This document shows positions 35,863 to 48,153 of a stretch of DNA of 64,000 nucleotides, piece by piece. The notes beneath the pieces are model-generated. The model made no database searches and had not been told where the DNA came from. It was given only the letters and a program-made list of their open reading frames with translations. The stretch lies in NCBI GenBank assembly GCA_030704615.1, contig CM060731.1:32116001-32180000 (forward strand), given 5' to 3'. This DNA comes from Takakia lepidozioides. Its lineage: Eukaryota; Plantae; Bryophyta. The number at the start of each line of letters is the position of its first letter. Position 1 is the first letter of the stretch. Position numbers and translations under genes: made by a program.

Positions 35863-38800
35863 CTAGCTGCCTTGCTTTGAGAATCCCTGCACAACAGGCA
35901 ACAGTTATGTGTAAGCCTTTGACAATTCAAGGATCTGAATCTTCCTATGGGGCTACACAGGCATGGACACAGCCTCACAGCACTACCCCACACTCCACAA
36001 CAAATATACCCCACAGAGCACAAAGGCAGAGATTCAATTATGTATCATGTGTGCATACACAGCTGATGCAAATGGTTGGTATCCACCTTAAATAGGAGGT
36101 CATAGGCAAGACAGTCCCAGGGCAGCGAGAGTGACATCAGACAGCAGCGCAAGGGCAGTGGAGCATCTGCAACAGCTTTTCCCCCAGCAGACACTGCTCC
36201 TATAGCCTGCTTTGCAGCTGTGGCTGCCTTGCGCACAATGTTTCCCAAACCCGACTTAGCTCCAGTGTTCATAGGAGGTGGTGGCGGGTGCAACCGGTCA
36301 GAGGCATCACTCTGAACTGCCAAAAAAACAACAGGATATGGATATTGTGGGCCATCCAAGCTCTACTTTTACAACGAGCAAAACAAGGGAATAAAATTAG
36401 TAAAGAAACATTGTTAAAGGAAAAAATAGAATTGAACGTGTACAGATCCTGGTTGCAATCGTGCATGCTAAGATTGTTGTTGGCTAGCTAGTGTGAGTAC
36501 CTGCCGAGACCGCTACATCCACAGCACCACGTCCACCAGGGCCTCGCATGACCAAGCGCTCTGATCTGGACGCCGCTGAAAATTGCAGCAACCCCTTGAC
36601 CCTGCCCCCTGTCATGTACCCAACTGCTATTTATCATGACCATGTCTCAGTGAAGTCTGCTGTCAATGCACGGTGTACAACTTGCACAAGGATGAAGCTT
36701 CCAGACCATGGATGCCAAAATGATAAAAAAAATCTGTCTTTTTCAATCAGACACAGTTACAATTCCTTTCTCAACCCTTCCTAATATTCTCACGAGTCCT
36801 CAGTTGCAAGCTTTTTCCTTCTACACTCCATTACAAAGCAGACAACATATAATAATCCCACAAGGTCATGAAAAGGGGAATGATGACAAAGCTCCACACA
36901 CAACCATGGAAGCTGACCTTCAAATGCAGTTCGTACCATGTCGTAACTCACAAATCCTGAAAACAATGTTACCTGAGACCCCATCTCACCCCCTAAGTAA
37001 GCTTCTCTGGCACTTTTTTTGTAGCAAAAACACTCCTGAACAAGAGTTCATGCTTGTCAGGTATCAAGACTCAGCAAACTCTCACTTGTGACAAAAGCCT
37101 CAAGGCTACTGTGAGAGAGTTTCCAGATATGGGGGCTTTCCTGCAGGTCAGCCAAGGCAGCCCATGCCACACCACCCTTTCATACAGGCCAGCCATCGTT
37201 AACCCCCAAAGTAAACAAACATTTAGCCTCGCAAGTGACACACTACACATCAAATTAACAGGGTGCAACAGCTTCATGCTCACCTTTCTGCAACATGCTT
37301 AATTCAAGCCAGATGCTGCTTTTACCAGACCAGTCATATGTGTCTACCCACCTTGGAAGAGCTGGAGCCGTGAGCCTCATCCAGCAAGTGCATCTCCGCA
37401 CTAGTTTCTCCACCCTCTATTTTCTCTACACCATCAGGCGGGAACGCCGCACCTCCACGTGCATTCAATAACACACAATAACAGTGGTCTGCCTCTGTTA
37501 GGACCTGCACACCATTTATTGACTGTGAATTCTTTCTGAGCAGTTTCCTGATGTAGCATACTTGGTTTCTATGACATTGCTACCGGCCCAATGAGCACAA
37601 AAGCCTGACTATGATATCCCAATAAAGATCCACACAACAGTGGTCCCAGTGACATGCCTCAGTAAACCACCATCACTCTCACCTCCACATAAATATGTTA
37701 ATTTAAAGACTAGATTCATAGCCTCACCCATTACTGCAGGACAGTATAGGAGGACTCAAAAATGATGAGGGTGGTTTTCAGAACCACTTACCACATCCTC
37801 AAATGTGTTGTCATAGTCATCAACAACAAAGCAAATATCAGGGTATGCTGGTACTGTCTCCACAGCCTGTCATCCACAATTTCACTTCTCCCAATTAGAG
37901 TGGGTTACTGCAACCATGCTTTGCATCCAGATAGTTGACCTCCTGTCAAGTGCAGAGAGACTCCAGTGGGCCAGAAGTCCACACAGTGCATTCTGCAGCC
38001 AATCGGAAAGATCCACAATCCTGGCATGGTCACAAACATATCCAAGTTTATTGGCTGTGAGGACCTTCTACTCCATGGACTGTGCTAGGCGCAATGTAGG
38101 CAAAAGAGTTCACACTTAGTCCAGAAACATGACATACTCCGACAGGACATCCTGAAAGAGGACTAGTGACTTGGTTTCAGCGCGAATTGGGGCACGGAAG
38201 GGAACAGAGAAGTGGGGAGAGAAGCATTTAAGGGACCTGAGGAGTACCTTGGACCTGAAGTCCTCTTGAAAATTTGCACGGCTCGGTGAAGCATACACCC
38301 TATTTGTCACCTGCCATCACCCTCCTTCCTGTGTTGCTTAGGGTCTTTTAAATCACAACAATTCAACCTCAGACCCAACCTGGCAGTCCTGTCTCTTTGG
38401 AATCTTGGAGAGATGTAGTCACCTTGTATATGGGAGTCAAGGATGCATTGGAAGCCTTAGGATGGCTTTGCAGGCCTTCCCGACTGCAAACACAGAACCA
38501 CAAGCATGCATGAGATTGCATGCATATAAGCTGTTCTTGATCCATCTACATAGTCAATTTTACCACACACTATGGCTATCCTATTAAAGCTCCCTCACAG
38601 GCGCCTAGTGATGTCGGAGGCATGTCTACTAGTCCTTGAGCTGGCATCTACCTCCAGAAGGAACCTACTGACACAAAAAAGTACCATGTTACAGAATATA
38701 GGGAACAGGCATACCTACAGATGGCCACAGTGAGTGAGAAGGTTGTGTGGCAAATGAGATTAAGGTAGAAGGAGCGCCACCAATCCACTTGCCCTGAACT

Positions 38801-41800
38801 GTGCCCTATAACCTTGCCAAGCTGCACCAAAGACACATTTTCATGTCATGCGCGGCTCCATTCTTCGCTCTGAATTGGAAATTCTGAAGTCGGCAACCCA
38901 TTCCCTCCTTCCTGTCTCCCCAACATATCCAGAGCATTCTGTATGGGTCCTAAGCAACCTACATGTACAATCTGTTCAGTAGTAAAACCCCTATTGACTT
39001 CCTGCGAACAAGATGAGTGCAGCAACACCACAACAAATGTAGTGAAACCCACCTCCGGCGCCCACCTGCGTACGAAGAAAGGCTCTCCTGTAGGATCCTG
39101 TGACTGAGATGACCCGCTCTCCCCATACTGCTGGTTCTGCAACATCCACAAACCCCAAGCCACCGGTCTATAATTTGTCCTCTTCGAGCAATTTACAAGA
39201 CCATCCCTTAAGCGTCACCACCGGCTCCTTTAAGTGGCACAACCACGAGTGTAGACTAAATTATGCCACCCAGCAGTCGGGTAAGACACTACAAGGATCA
39301 GAACTTTAATACTGGTGATTCCACTTTATTAGTGAGAGAGAGTCCAAATGGTACCATTGCATGTACAGAGCAGTTTATCATGTAGTGCCAATTCAGGGGC
39401 CTCATCCTGAATTCATTTCCTGGGATTGGCACTAAATCTGGGTTAGTTGGTGTACCTTGATCTCAGTTTCACATGTCTCAGAAGTGATTTAGATATTCCA
39501 ATATGGGCGCTCACAGTATTGTCAAGGGGAGGAATGTGCCCCAGACTATTGCAGGTCTCTTTCATGTTGCATATTTTGTCAGCACCATGTGAAAAATGGC
39601 TTGCTTGGGTAACATGTCAGGGGTACATGGCCAAACAGACGGGTCTTTGCCAGTCCTCTGACTAGGAATTTAGTAGAACAGCTGTGATAAGCAAGCACCC
39701 ACCGGGAGGCGCACAAAGAAGACAAGGTCATCATCCTCCTGAGGCGACTTCCGATCAGCTAGTCCCCGCATAAAAAAGAGGTCCAGCAATTCGCACCAGA
39801 AACGTGGGTCCAGCTCTCCCTCCTCGCCTGGTTGCCCGAGTGTCCCAGAATGCTTTCGCACAATGTTCAGCAGCTCTCCCCTGCCCCCCACCCTCCCCAC
39901 CTGTCTCTCTTATCTCCTCTGAACCACAAGGCTCCGGCAAACAACGTCCTATGAGTACATTCTCTTATCTCCTCTGAACTTGTTTCCAGTCTGTGACATG
40001 GGAGAGGACATCCTGGATGACCTCAAGGGTCTACCCACTCTCGGCACTAGACTGATATTTAAACTCATGGTGGGAAGCCTACCTATGAACAGCAAACAGA
40101 AGCAGAGAGGAAAGGGAGAGTGCAATTGCCCATTACGCCCAGGCCCTTTCGGGGCCTAGTTATTGGGCAAACCACACATAGCAGATTGATGCTTGTGTGA
40201 AGGGATTTCTAGAGGATATCTGGAAAACCCGGATCAATTGTTTATTCCAAGGTAAGTCTTACTACAGGCGTCAGCCCCTGACAAAGGTTAGGTTCTGTCC
40301 TTTTGTGTTCCACTCAAACTGGGCGCGGGGTCAATGGCCACAAGGCTAGGGCAAACAACGTCTTATGAGTACATTCTCTTATCTCCTCGCTCTTCTGTAA
40401 GCTTTTTCCATTTTCTAACTGATATGAGACAAAGTCACTGAGCAACCGGACACATACACATAAATGCTTCCACCTCTTTTCAGGTTACCCCTAGAAATGT
40501 CCTGTACAATTTGTTAGGATCCAGGAGTGAACAAAACAGACTTAACCAAGGATTCTTTCCCTTCCCTAACATCTCACAAAAACTTACAGACTATTCCCCC
40601 CTCCTCACTGTCCTGTTTTCTGTTTCTTTTCAAGTGCCCTACAGCCACTTTGGCTGAGTTTTTACACTCTGGGGGTAAAACACACCGAACTGGGCAGATA
40701 CCACATGGAGCCTATGCCCAAGTGTTCACAGAAAATGGTCAATGGAAAGATCTCTTTATTCACCCTTCTTGCACAACAGTGTGATTGACACAGCCAAATG
40801 TGCATGTAGAGGGCTACAGGCACAATATCAATGTCAACTTTTATGATTGTGTCAAATGAAAGATCATTGGGCATGGGTCATCCAAAACTTCTATATCCTG
40901 GTGCTGTAAAAGCCTACCATTTGCTCCTGGAGGATAAAGAGACTATGGACTTGGAATATATCACAACCTGAATTGACAGGAAAAGGTCTATTTTCTGTCT
41001 CATCTCCACCCCCCCAAGTTCCATGCAGCTTTAATTTAGTGAGGTGTCAAAAGATGCCATAGACAGTACCGAGAGGGTATGATGTTGGGCGACGAAATCA
41101 ACTCCAGATGCTCCTTGCCGCGAGGCTTCAGCTGTTTGTGTTGCCGGGATCCCCTGTACAGCAATTCACCAGAGCATTTTCATTGTCAATGCCCCTTGCA
41201 TCAAACCAAAGCAACCCGCTATCATGCAACAGACTCTACCTGCCCACTAGCCTACTAAATGGGTAAACTTGACATGGGAGTAGATAAACGTATCTGTGAC
41301 CAAATGCCAGCCTTGTGACCCCTCGCCTATGTTTGTTTGACCCGAAGCAGATTGCTTCAGGTAAGGATAGTGCATTGGATTCAGTTGGACAGAAGGGGTC
41401 TCTCCTTCTTAAGAATACGCCTAAAACAGGCCATTCCCTGCAGCTCCCATGGAGTGATGATCTCTGAATGGTAACAAGGAGATCCCTACTGGTGGATGCA
41501 GCCTCTCCACTCAAGTTCGGCAGTTGCTCTGGCTTGCATGCTCAACACTTGGGCTTGTGTTGAAACCTCTTATCTGCTATAAATACATCTCATTCTCCAG
41601 GTAATGCTTGTATTTCCCAGGGTGATTCCTGGGAGCTGGTTACTTATCCCAAAACTAGAGCTTCTTATGTAGTTTTTGGGGGTGAATCCCAGGATGGACA
41701 TCGTGACCTTCAACACTACTTGCTCAAGCTTAAGCTTGAATTATCTGGCTGAGGGCACCATCTCAAGCCTCCGTAACGGAGGTGCATTGATGTGACTATG

Positions 41801-44800
41801 TATAAGAATGTTATACTGGCAGGTTGAGTTCCACGGCAAATTACCCTTGGCTGGTTGGAGAGCTACCGTAGACATTGGTGATTCAATAAGGGGCTCAGGA
41901 AAGACAGACGAGGATGGGGACTTTTAAGCTGAAAGTTCCCAACTCGTTTGAGACCCTGGAAAAGGTTGACCTAGAATGGACTACTAGGGATGGCGAACCT
42001 AGTGGTAAGCCAAGCCCAAAGGTCTGTCAAGAAGACCATGTCAGACAGACCTGCCTTTGCGTGCAGTGACCAATCAAGCTGTGAATGAAGGATATGACAT
42101 GCTCAACAGCATGCCAATCCTCAAAAAATACACAAGGCGATCAAAGCCTGCACGCAAAGAACAGACCCATTAATGCAGAATTGCAGGATGTCTAGGAGAA
42201 AACCTAGAAGACAGACAATTCGTATGCCAAAGGCTGGCTTGCAGCTGGGGACCTTAAACTTTTGTGAGCTGACCAACCAAAGAAAACAATTTGAAGTGGA
42301 CAAGTTCTTCAAGCTAGTGACATTCACATTTGTGCTGGGCTTATCCATTGCCAGCATGAGCTTCGAATTTTGACCTTGCACCTAGGTCAAAAGAAAACCC
42401 TTTGCAGTGGACTCCTGAATGGTCAATTGTGAATTATATCACAGTGGATAAGGAGTTGTTTCCTTAGTGTGCCAAAGTGTTGGTTCGGTATTTCTGTACA
42501 CTTTCTTGTCTGAATTAAGATCAAACAGATATTCTTCACACCAAGAGATCTGTGAAAGGTTCAATTCAAAGTGGCACACAGAAAAATTTCGGAGGGAAGA
42601 AGTCAAGATAGAATATGTCCAGGCCTTGAAAGAGGCTCTCCCACCTTTCATCCAATCGCTCCAAGATCTCCCCTCTTGCTTGGGTGATGCAAGAAGTGAG
42701 GTCGAAAGAGCTGTGGAATCTTGGGAGAGTTTCATCACTTCTGTGGCTGAGAAGATCATTGAATGGAAACTAATCGTATGCAGAAGAGCAGTGAATTGGT
42801 GGACCAATAAGACCAAGCTTAAGATTGCCGAGAGACGGCTGTGGTTTAGATGTTACCAGATGTGAAAAGATGTAATTAGCTAGTAAAGGCTGAGAAGAAA
42901 ATAAGTTGGGTGTACTGTAACTTTAATTGGACTACCACGGCGGTAATGATTAAACAAAAACCTGGTTGACCTTACAGTGTTTGTACAGGCTGGAAAATGG
43001 TCAGCAAGTACACACTTTATGGAATAACAAGAGAGCAGTGGTGATTCTATTATTGAGATTGTGGAAAACACATACAGCCTTCTTGGCACTTAATGTAACT
43101 CTAATAGTGAGCGGTTTTCTTATAGTCAATGGCCAGAAGTCTAACTTCTTTGACAAACGTGTAGCTCAAGGTTGTACCCTCTCCACACTGCTCTTCAATG
43201 TTTTCATTCATCAGCTCCTTGAAGATGTGGATGGCGAGGAATTTGGGTTAAAGGTGAGTGATGCCACCATATCAGCTCTTATGTTTGTGGATGACTTCGC
43301 AGGCCTAGGGGGGTACCCAACGGTACTTTGACCAGTGAGGCTAGAAGCCAATGTAAGTAAATGAGTGGTGGTTCAAAGATTGTGGGGAGGGAGGAGGGGA
43401 GCTCAAATTGACATTGGGACACGATACAAAATGTGGTTCAAACAACAAAATGCAAAGCCTCGAGTCTCCCGCAATTTTTCCACTGCAGAATGACTTTTTC
43501 TGACATCAAAAGGACCATGCTTTGCAACATTATTAGGCCTACCTTGTATGCATCCTGTGTGGAATGTCAACTGCAGCCATGCTAAAACTTTAGAATCCAA
43601 CCAGTTTTTGGTGCTCAAAGAGAGCATGTCAGCATGCTCTAGAACAGCTAGAGTGGCTGCTCAAAGCAAGTTTGGAGTACCACCCTTGAGCTCTCGACAT
43701 GATAAGTTCAAGGTCATGGTGGGTTCAGTTGAATTGCACGCCCAATACTAGATGATTGGCTATATCTCTTGGAAGCAAGACTATCAGGCTAACTGAACTG
43801 TCTAAGGCCATGTCAGAGGCACAAAGAATGTCCAAGCAGAACGAAGTTAGGACAAAACCTTCCCTGAACACAGGTGAGGACCTTGAGAATCATATGCAGG
43901 GCCTACCTACCCTCGACACTCGGCTGAAATTTAAACTCGGGGCAGGGAGTCTTCCGATGAATGGGCGGTCTGAAGACAATATCCATTTTCTGATACAATG
44001 TCTGAGGTCAGAGAGCGACCTTCTTCAAGACCATCAAGAACGTAGTCCCTGCACTTCTGTTCACCAACTTTCAAAATCTCAAGGCTGAGCCTAGAGCCCT
44101 GGTCCTGTTGGGGTCTAATTGCTGGCAGCTCGCACACAGCAGATTGATGCTTGTGAAATCTAGAGGAGATCTGGAAAGCCTGAACTAATTGTTTATACCA
44201 AGGTAAGCCCCACTACTGGAGTGAGCCCCTCACAAAGGTAGCATCTGTTGCCTCTTGTTCTGCCCAAACTAGGCGCGGGGTCTATGGCCACAAGGCTACG
44301 GAAAGCGTCTTATGAGTACATTTTATCATGCAACAGATCCCTTCATGGGGTGTACCCAGACAAATGAACCAAAAATCCCAGCAGATTCAGGAAATTCAAA
44401 TACCTGACCCTGGGATGCAACCATAGCCACTGCTAAATGGTAGAAACAACATGCTGATTCAGGAGCAGCTGGCCTTGAAGTTTCTGGCAAACGGCCCATA
44501 TTTCTATTGCATTGAACTACAATGCAGGTCAGTGGTTTAAATGTCAGGAACAACCAAGCTAAAAAACTGCAGAAGAAGCTCAAGGCATGCATTATGCGGT
44601 CCTTTTCATTTCCACCATTTGGGCAGTGGGAGATGTTGTCTTGGTGACTAGCCAACCTAGTCTAGCATTAACAACCACCCACAAGCACACTTCCAATCAC
44701 AGACAACTGAAAGCTCACCCAAGAGAGGTGGCATTCACGTGCTGCCACTCTCCTTCTTCATCGTCCTCTTCTGCTGCCTTCATATCTTCCCTGTGCATGC

Positions 44801-44958
44801 ACCCACCTATCTACCCTGTGACTCCCAGCACCATCCCTAACAAAGAGTGCACAAGAATGTCCATCTGCAGGGCTTGTCATACCACTTGTTTACATGACCA
44901 TCTTAACATTTCACCTGGTACACCATTAGACTCTCTCTGTGTCGACGCATGGAGCAGG

Positions 44959-44995
<37 letters not shown>

Positions 44996-47900
44996 AAATC
45001 TTGGAAACAGGACCGCCCTGTCAAACAGGCTAAGTCCTGGTAGAAGAGAGTAGAATAGATTCTCAAGGACCTGGACCTGGATCCGCAAGTCTTGACCCTG
45101 CTGGATAAATCTGACTTAGAGGCTGTAGTGTCCAAAGCCATGTCTGTTGCCATGAGATTGTCTGATGAAAATGAAGTTAGGCAGAAAACTTCCCTGAACT
45201 TGTTTCCAGTCAGTGACCTGGGGGAGGACATCTTGGATGACCTCAAGGGTCTACCCACTCTCGGCACTAGACTGAAATTTAAACTCAGGGCAGGAAGCCT
45301 ACCTTTGAACAGCAAACAGAAGCAGAGAGGAAAGGGAGAGTGCAATTGCCCGTTGTGTGGGCAATCTGAAGACAGTATTCATTTTCTGATACACTGTCCG
45401 GGGTTCTCTCACCAAAGAGATGCTCTCTTCAACTCTATCAAGGGAATTGTGCCTGTACCCCTGTTTACCAACTTTGAAAGTCTCGAGGCTGAGCCAAAAG
45501 CCCAGGCCCTCCTGAGGCCTAGTTTTTGGGCAAATCACACACAGCAGATTGATGCTTGTGTGAAGGGATTTCTAGAGGATATCTGGAAAACCCGGATTAA
45601 TTCTTTATATGAAGGTAAGTCTTACTACCAACGTCAGCCCCTGACAGAGGTAGGTTCTGTTCCTTTTGTTCTGTTCAAACTGGGCGCGGGGTCAAAGGCC
45701 ACAAGGCTACGGCAAACAACGTCTTATGAGTACAATCTCTCTCTCTCTCTCTCAATGGCCAGAAGGCTACGGCAACAACATCTTATGAGTACAATCTCTC
45801 TCTCTCTCTTTGTCCGTGATTTCTTGTTTGACAATTGATTTCTTGTTTGGCTAAAACTGAAACTGAAGGGCGGCGTGAGTACGAAGGACCTCTTTGTGGG
45901 TTGTGTTTACATGCCCACAGAGGGGACCCTTAGTGCTGACGCAGACAAAGCCTTCAAAGATGTAAAGCTGGACTGTGCTTCATTCCTTGCCAAACGTCAG
46001 GTGGTTTTATTGGGTGACTTCAATGCCCGGGTGGGCAAAGGTCTCCATCAGGATGATATCATTGGGCCTTTTGGTGAGGACAAGCTGAACTCTAATGGCA
46101 GACGGTTAATTAACTGTCTGGAAGAGCTTCAGCTTTTGACCTTGAATATATCATAATGGACAAAAATTTGTTTCCCCAGAGTGCCAATGTGTTGATCGAC
46201 AGAACTGATATTGGTACCTCTGACCACTTCCTGGTTTGGACTGAGATCAAAAGGTGTTTTCCCAACTCCAAGAGATCTGTGAAACGTTCGATTCGGAAGT
46301 GGCGCATAGAAAAATTCCGTAATGAATAGGTCAAGGCTGAGTATGTCCAGGCCTTGCAAGAGGCTCCCCCTCATTTTGTCCACTCGCTCCAAGACCAGTC
46401 TCGCTCTGACAATGCAAGAAATGAAGTCGAAAGAGCAGTGGATTCTTGGGAGAGTTTCGTCTCCTCTGTGGCTGACAAGATCATTGGGAGGTGCGGTAGA
46501 GCTGTTAATTGGTGGACCAATGAGATTAAACTCAAGATAGCTGAGAGACGAGTCCTCTATAAAGAGTGCTGCAATTTGAAAACCAACAAAGAATTGTGGG
46601 CGAGGTACTACCAGATCCGTAAAGATATCAATCAGCTTGTAAGGTCTCAGAAGAAATTATACTGGGACAAGTTATACAGTGAAATAAACTCAAACCCACA
46701 TGGTGGTAATGACAAGAGATTCTGGTTGGCCCTTCAACGTTTGTACAAGCCGAAAGACTGTCAGCAAGTACAAGCGCTGAAGACTACTAAGGGTGCAGTG
46801 GTGACTTCAACGGTTGACATTGTCAAAACCTTTGAAACCCACTACAGTATCCTTGGCAAAACTTCTAGGTCTAACAGTGAGGGGTCCTCTGATGAATGGA
46901 AGGACACAGTTGGAAAAACTGTTCCTATGATTCAAAACAGCCCTGATGAACTGGAGTATATTTCAAAGGCTTACAACGCTCCTATTAGTTCTTCTGAGAT
47001 TGTGGAAGCAATTGAGCATTTAAACGGACATAAAGCTAGTGGACCTGATGGCATAGTCAACGAGCTTATCAAGCACGGTGGCAATCCCATGATAGAGGCC
47101 CTAGTTCTCCTCTTTAACCTTATCTGGAAGACTGAAATGATCCCCTTCCGCTGGCGACAGGGGGTCATTGTCAATCTATACAAGAAGGGTGACAGAGAAG
47201 AACCGGGGAACTATCGTGGCATCATGCTCCTCAATGCTGTTGGCAAGATATTTTGCAGAGTTATAAGTACTCGTCTCGAGGTTGATCTGGAATCTAGAGG
47301 TTGTTTCCACGAAGGCCAAGCTGGCTTTCAGCGAAACAGGGGCTGTGTGGATCATATCTTCACTCTAAGCCAGATTATTCAGGGAAGGAAAAAAGAGGGG
47401 AAACCCACTTATGTTTTTTTCTTGGATGTCAAAAAGGCTTATGACACAGTGTGGAGAGATGGTCTATGGCTCCGCCTCTGGTCTTGTGGGATCAAGGGAA
47501 AGATGTGGAGAGTTGTCCATAACTTGTATGCTCACACCAAAAGCTGTGTCACTGTTAATGGACAGAAGTCCAACTTCTTTGACATAGACCAAGGTGTAGC
47601 TCAAGGATGTACCCTCTCCCCTCTGCTCTTCAATGTTTTCATCAATCAACTCCTCGAGGATGTGGAAAGTGAGGGATTTGGGTTAAGGGTGGGTGATGCC
47701 ACCATACCAGCCCTTATGTTTGCGGATGACATCGCAGGCATAGGAGACTCCTTCCAACCTCCAGGAGTTGATTGATTGCGCGAAGAGATACTTGACCTCT
47801 GGGGGCTAGAGGCTAATTGGTGGCATTCAACGACAGAGGAGAGGGAGGAAGTGATCTCAAGTGGCAGTGGGGTAGCAAAAGCCCAGGCCCTTCTGGGGAG

Positions 47901-48114
47901 TAGTTACTGGGCAAACCGCACACAGCAGATTGACGCTTGTGTGAAGGGATTTCTAGAGGATATCTGGAAAACCCGGATCAATGCTTTATACCAAGGTAAG
48001 TCTTACTACCAACGTCAGCCCCTGACAGAGGTAGGTTCTGTCCCTTTGTGTTCCGCTCAAACTGAGCACGGGGTCAATGGCCACAAGGCTACGGCAAACA
48101 ACGTCTTATGAGTA

Positions 48115-48153
<39 letters not shown>

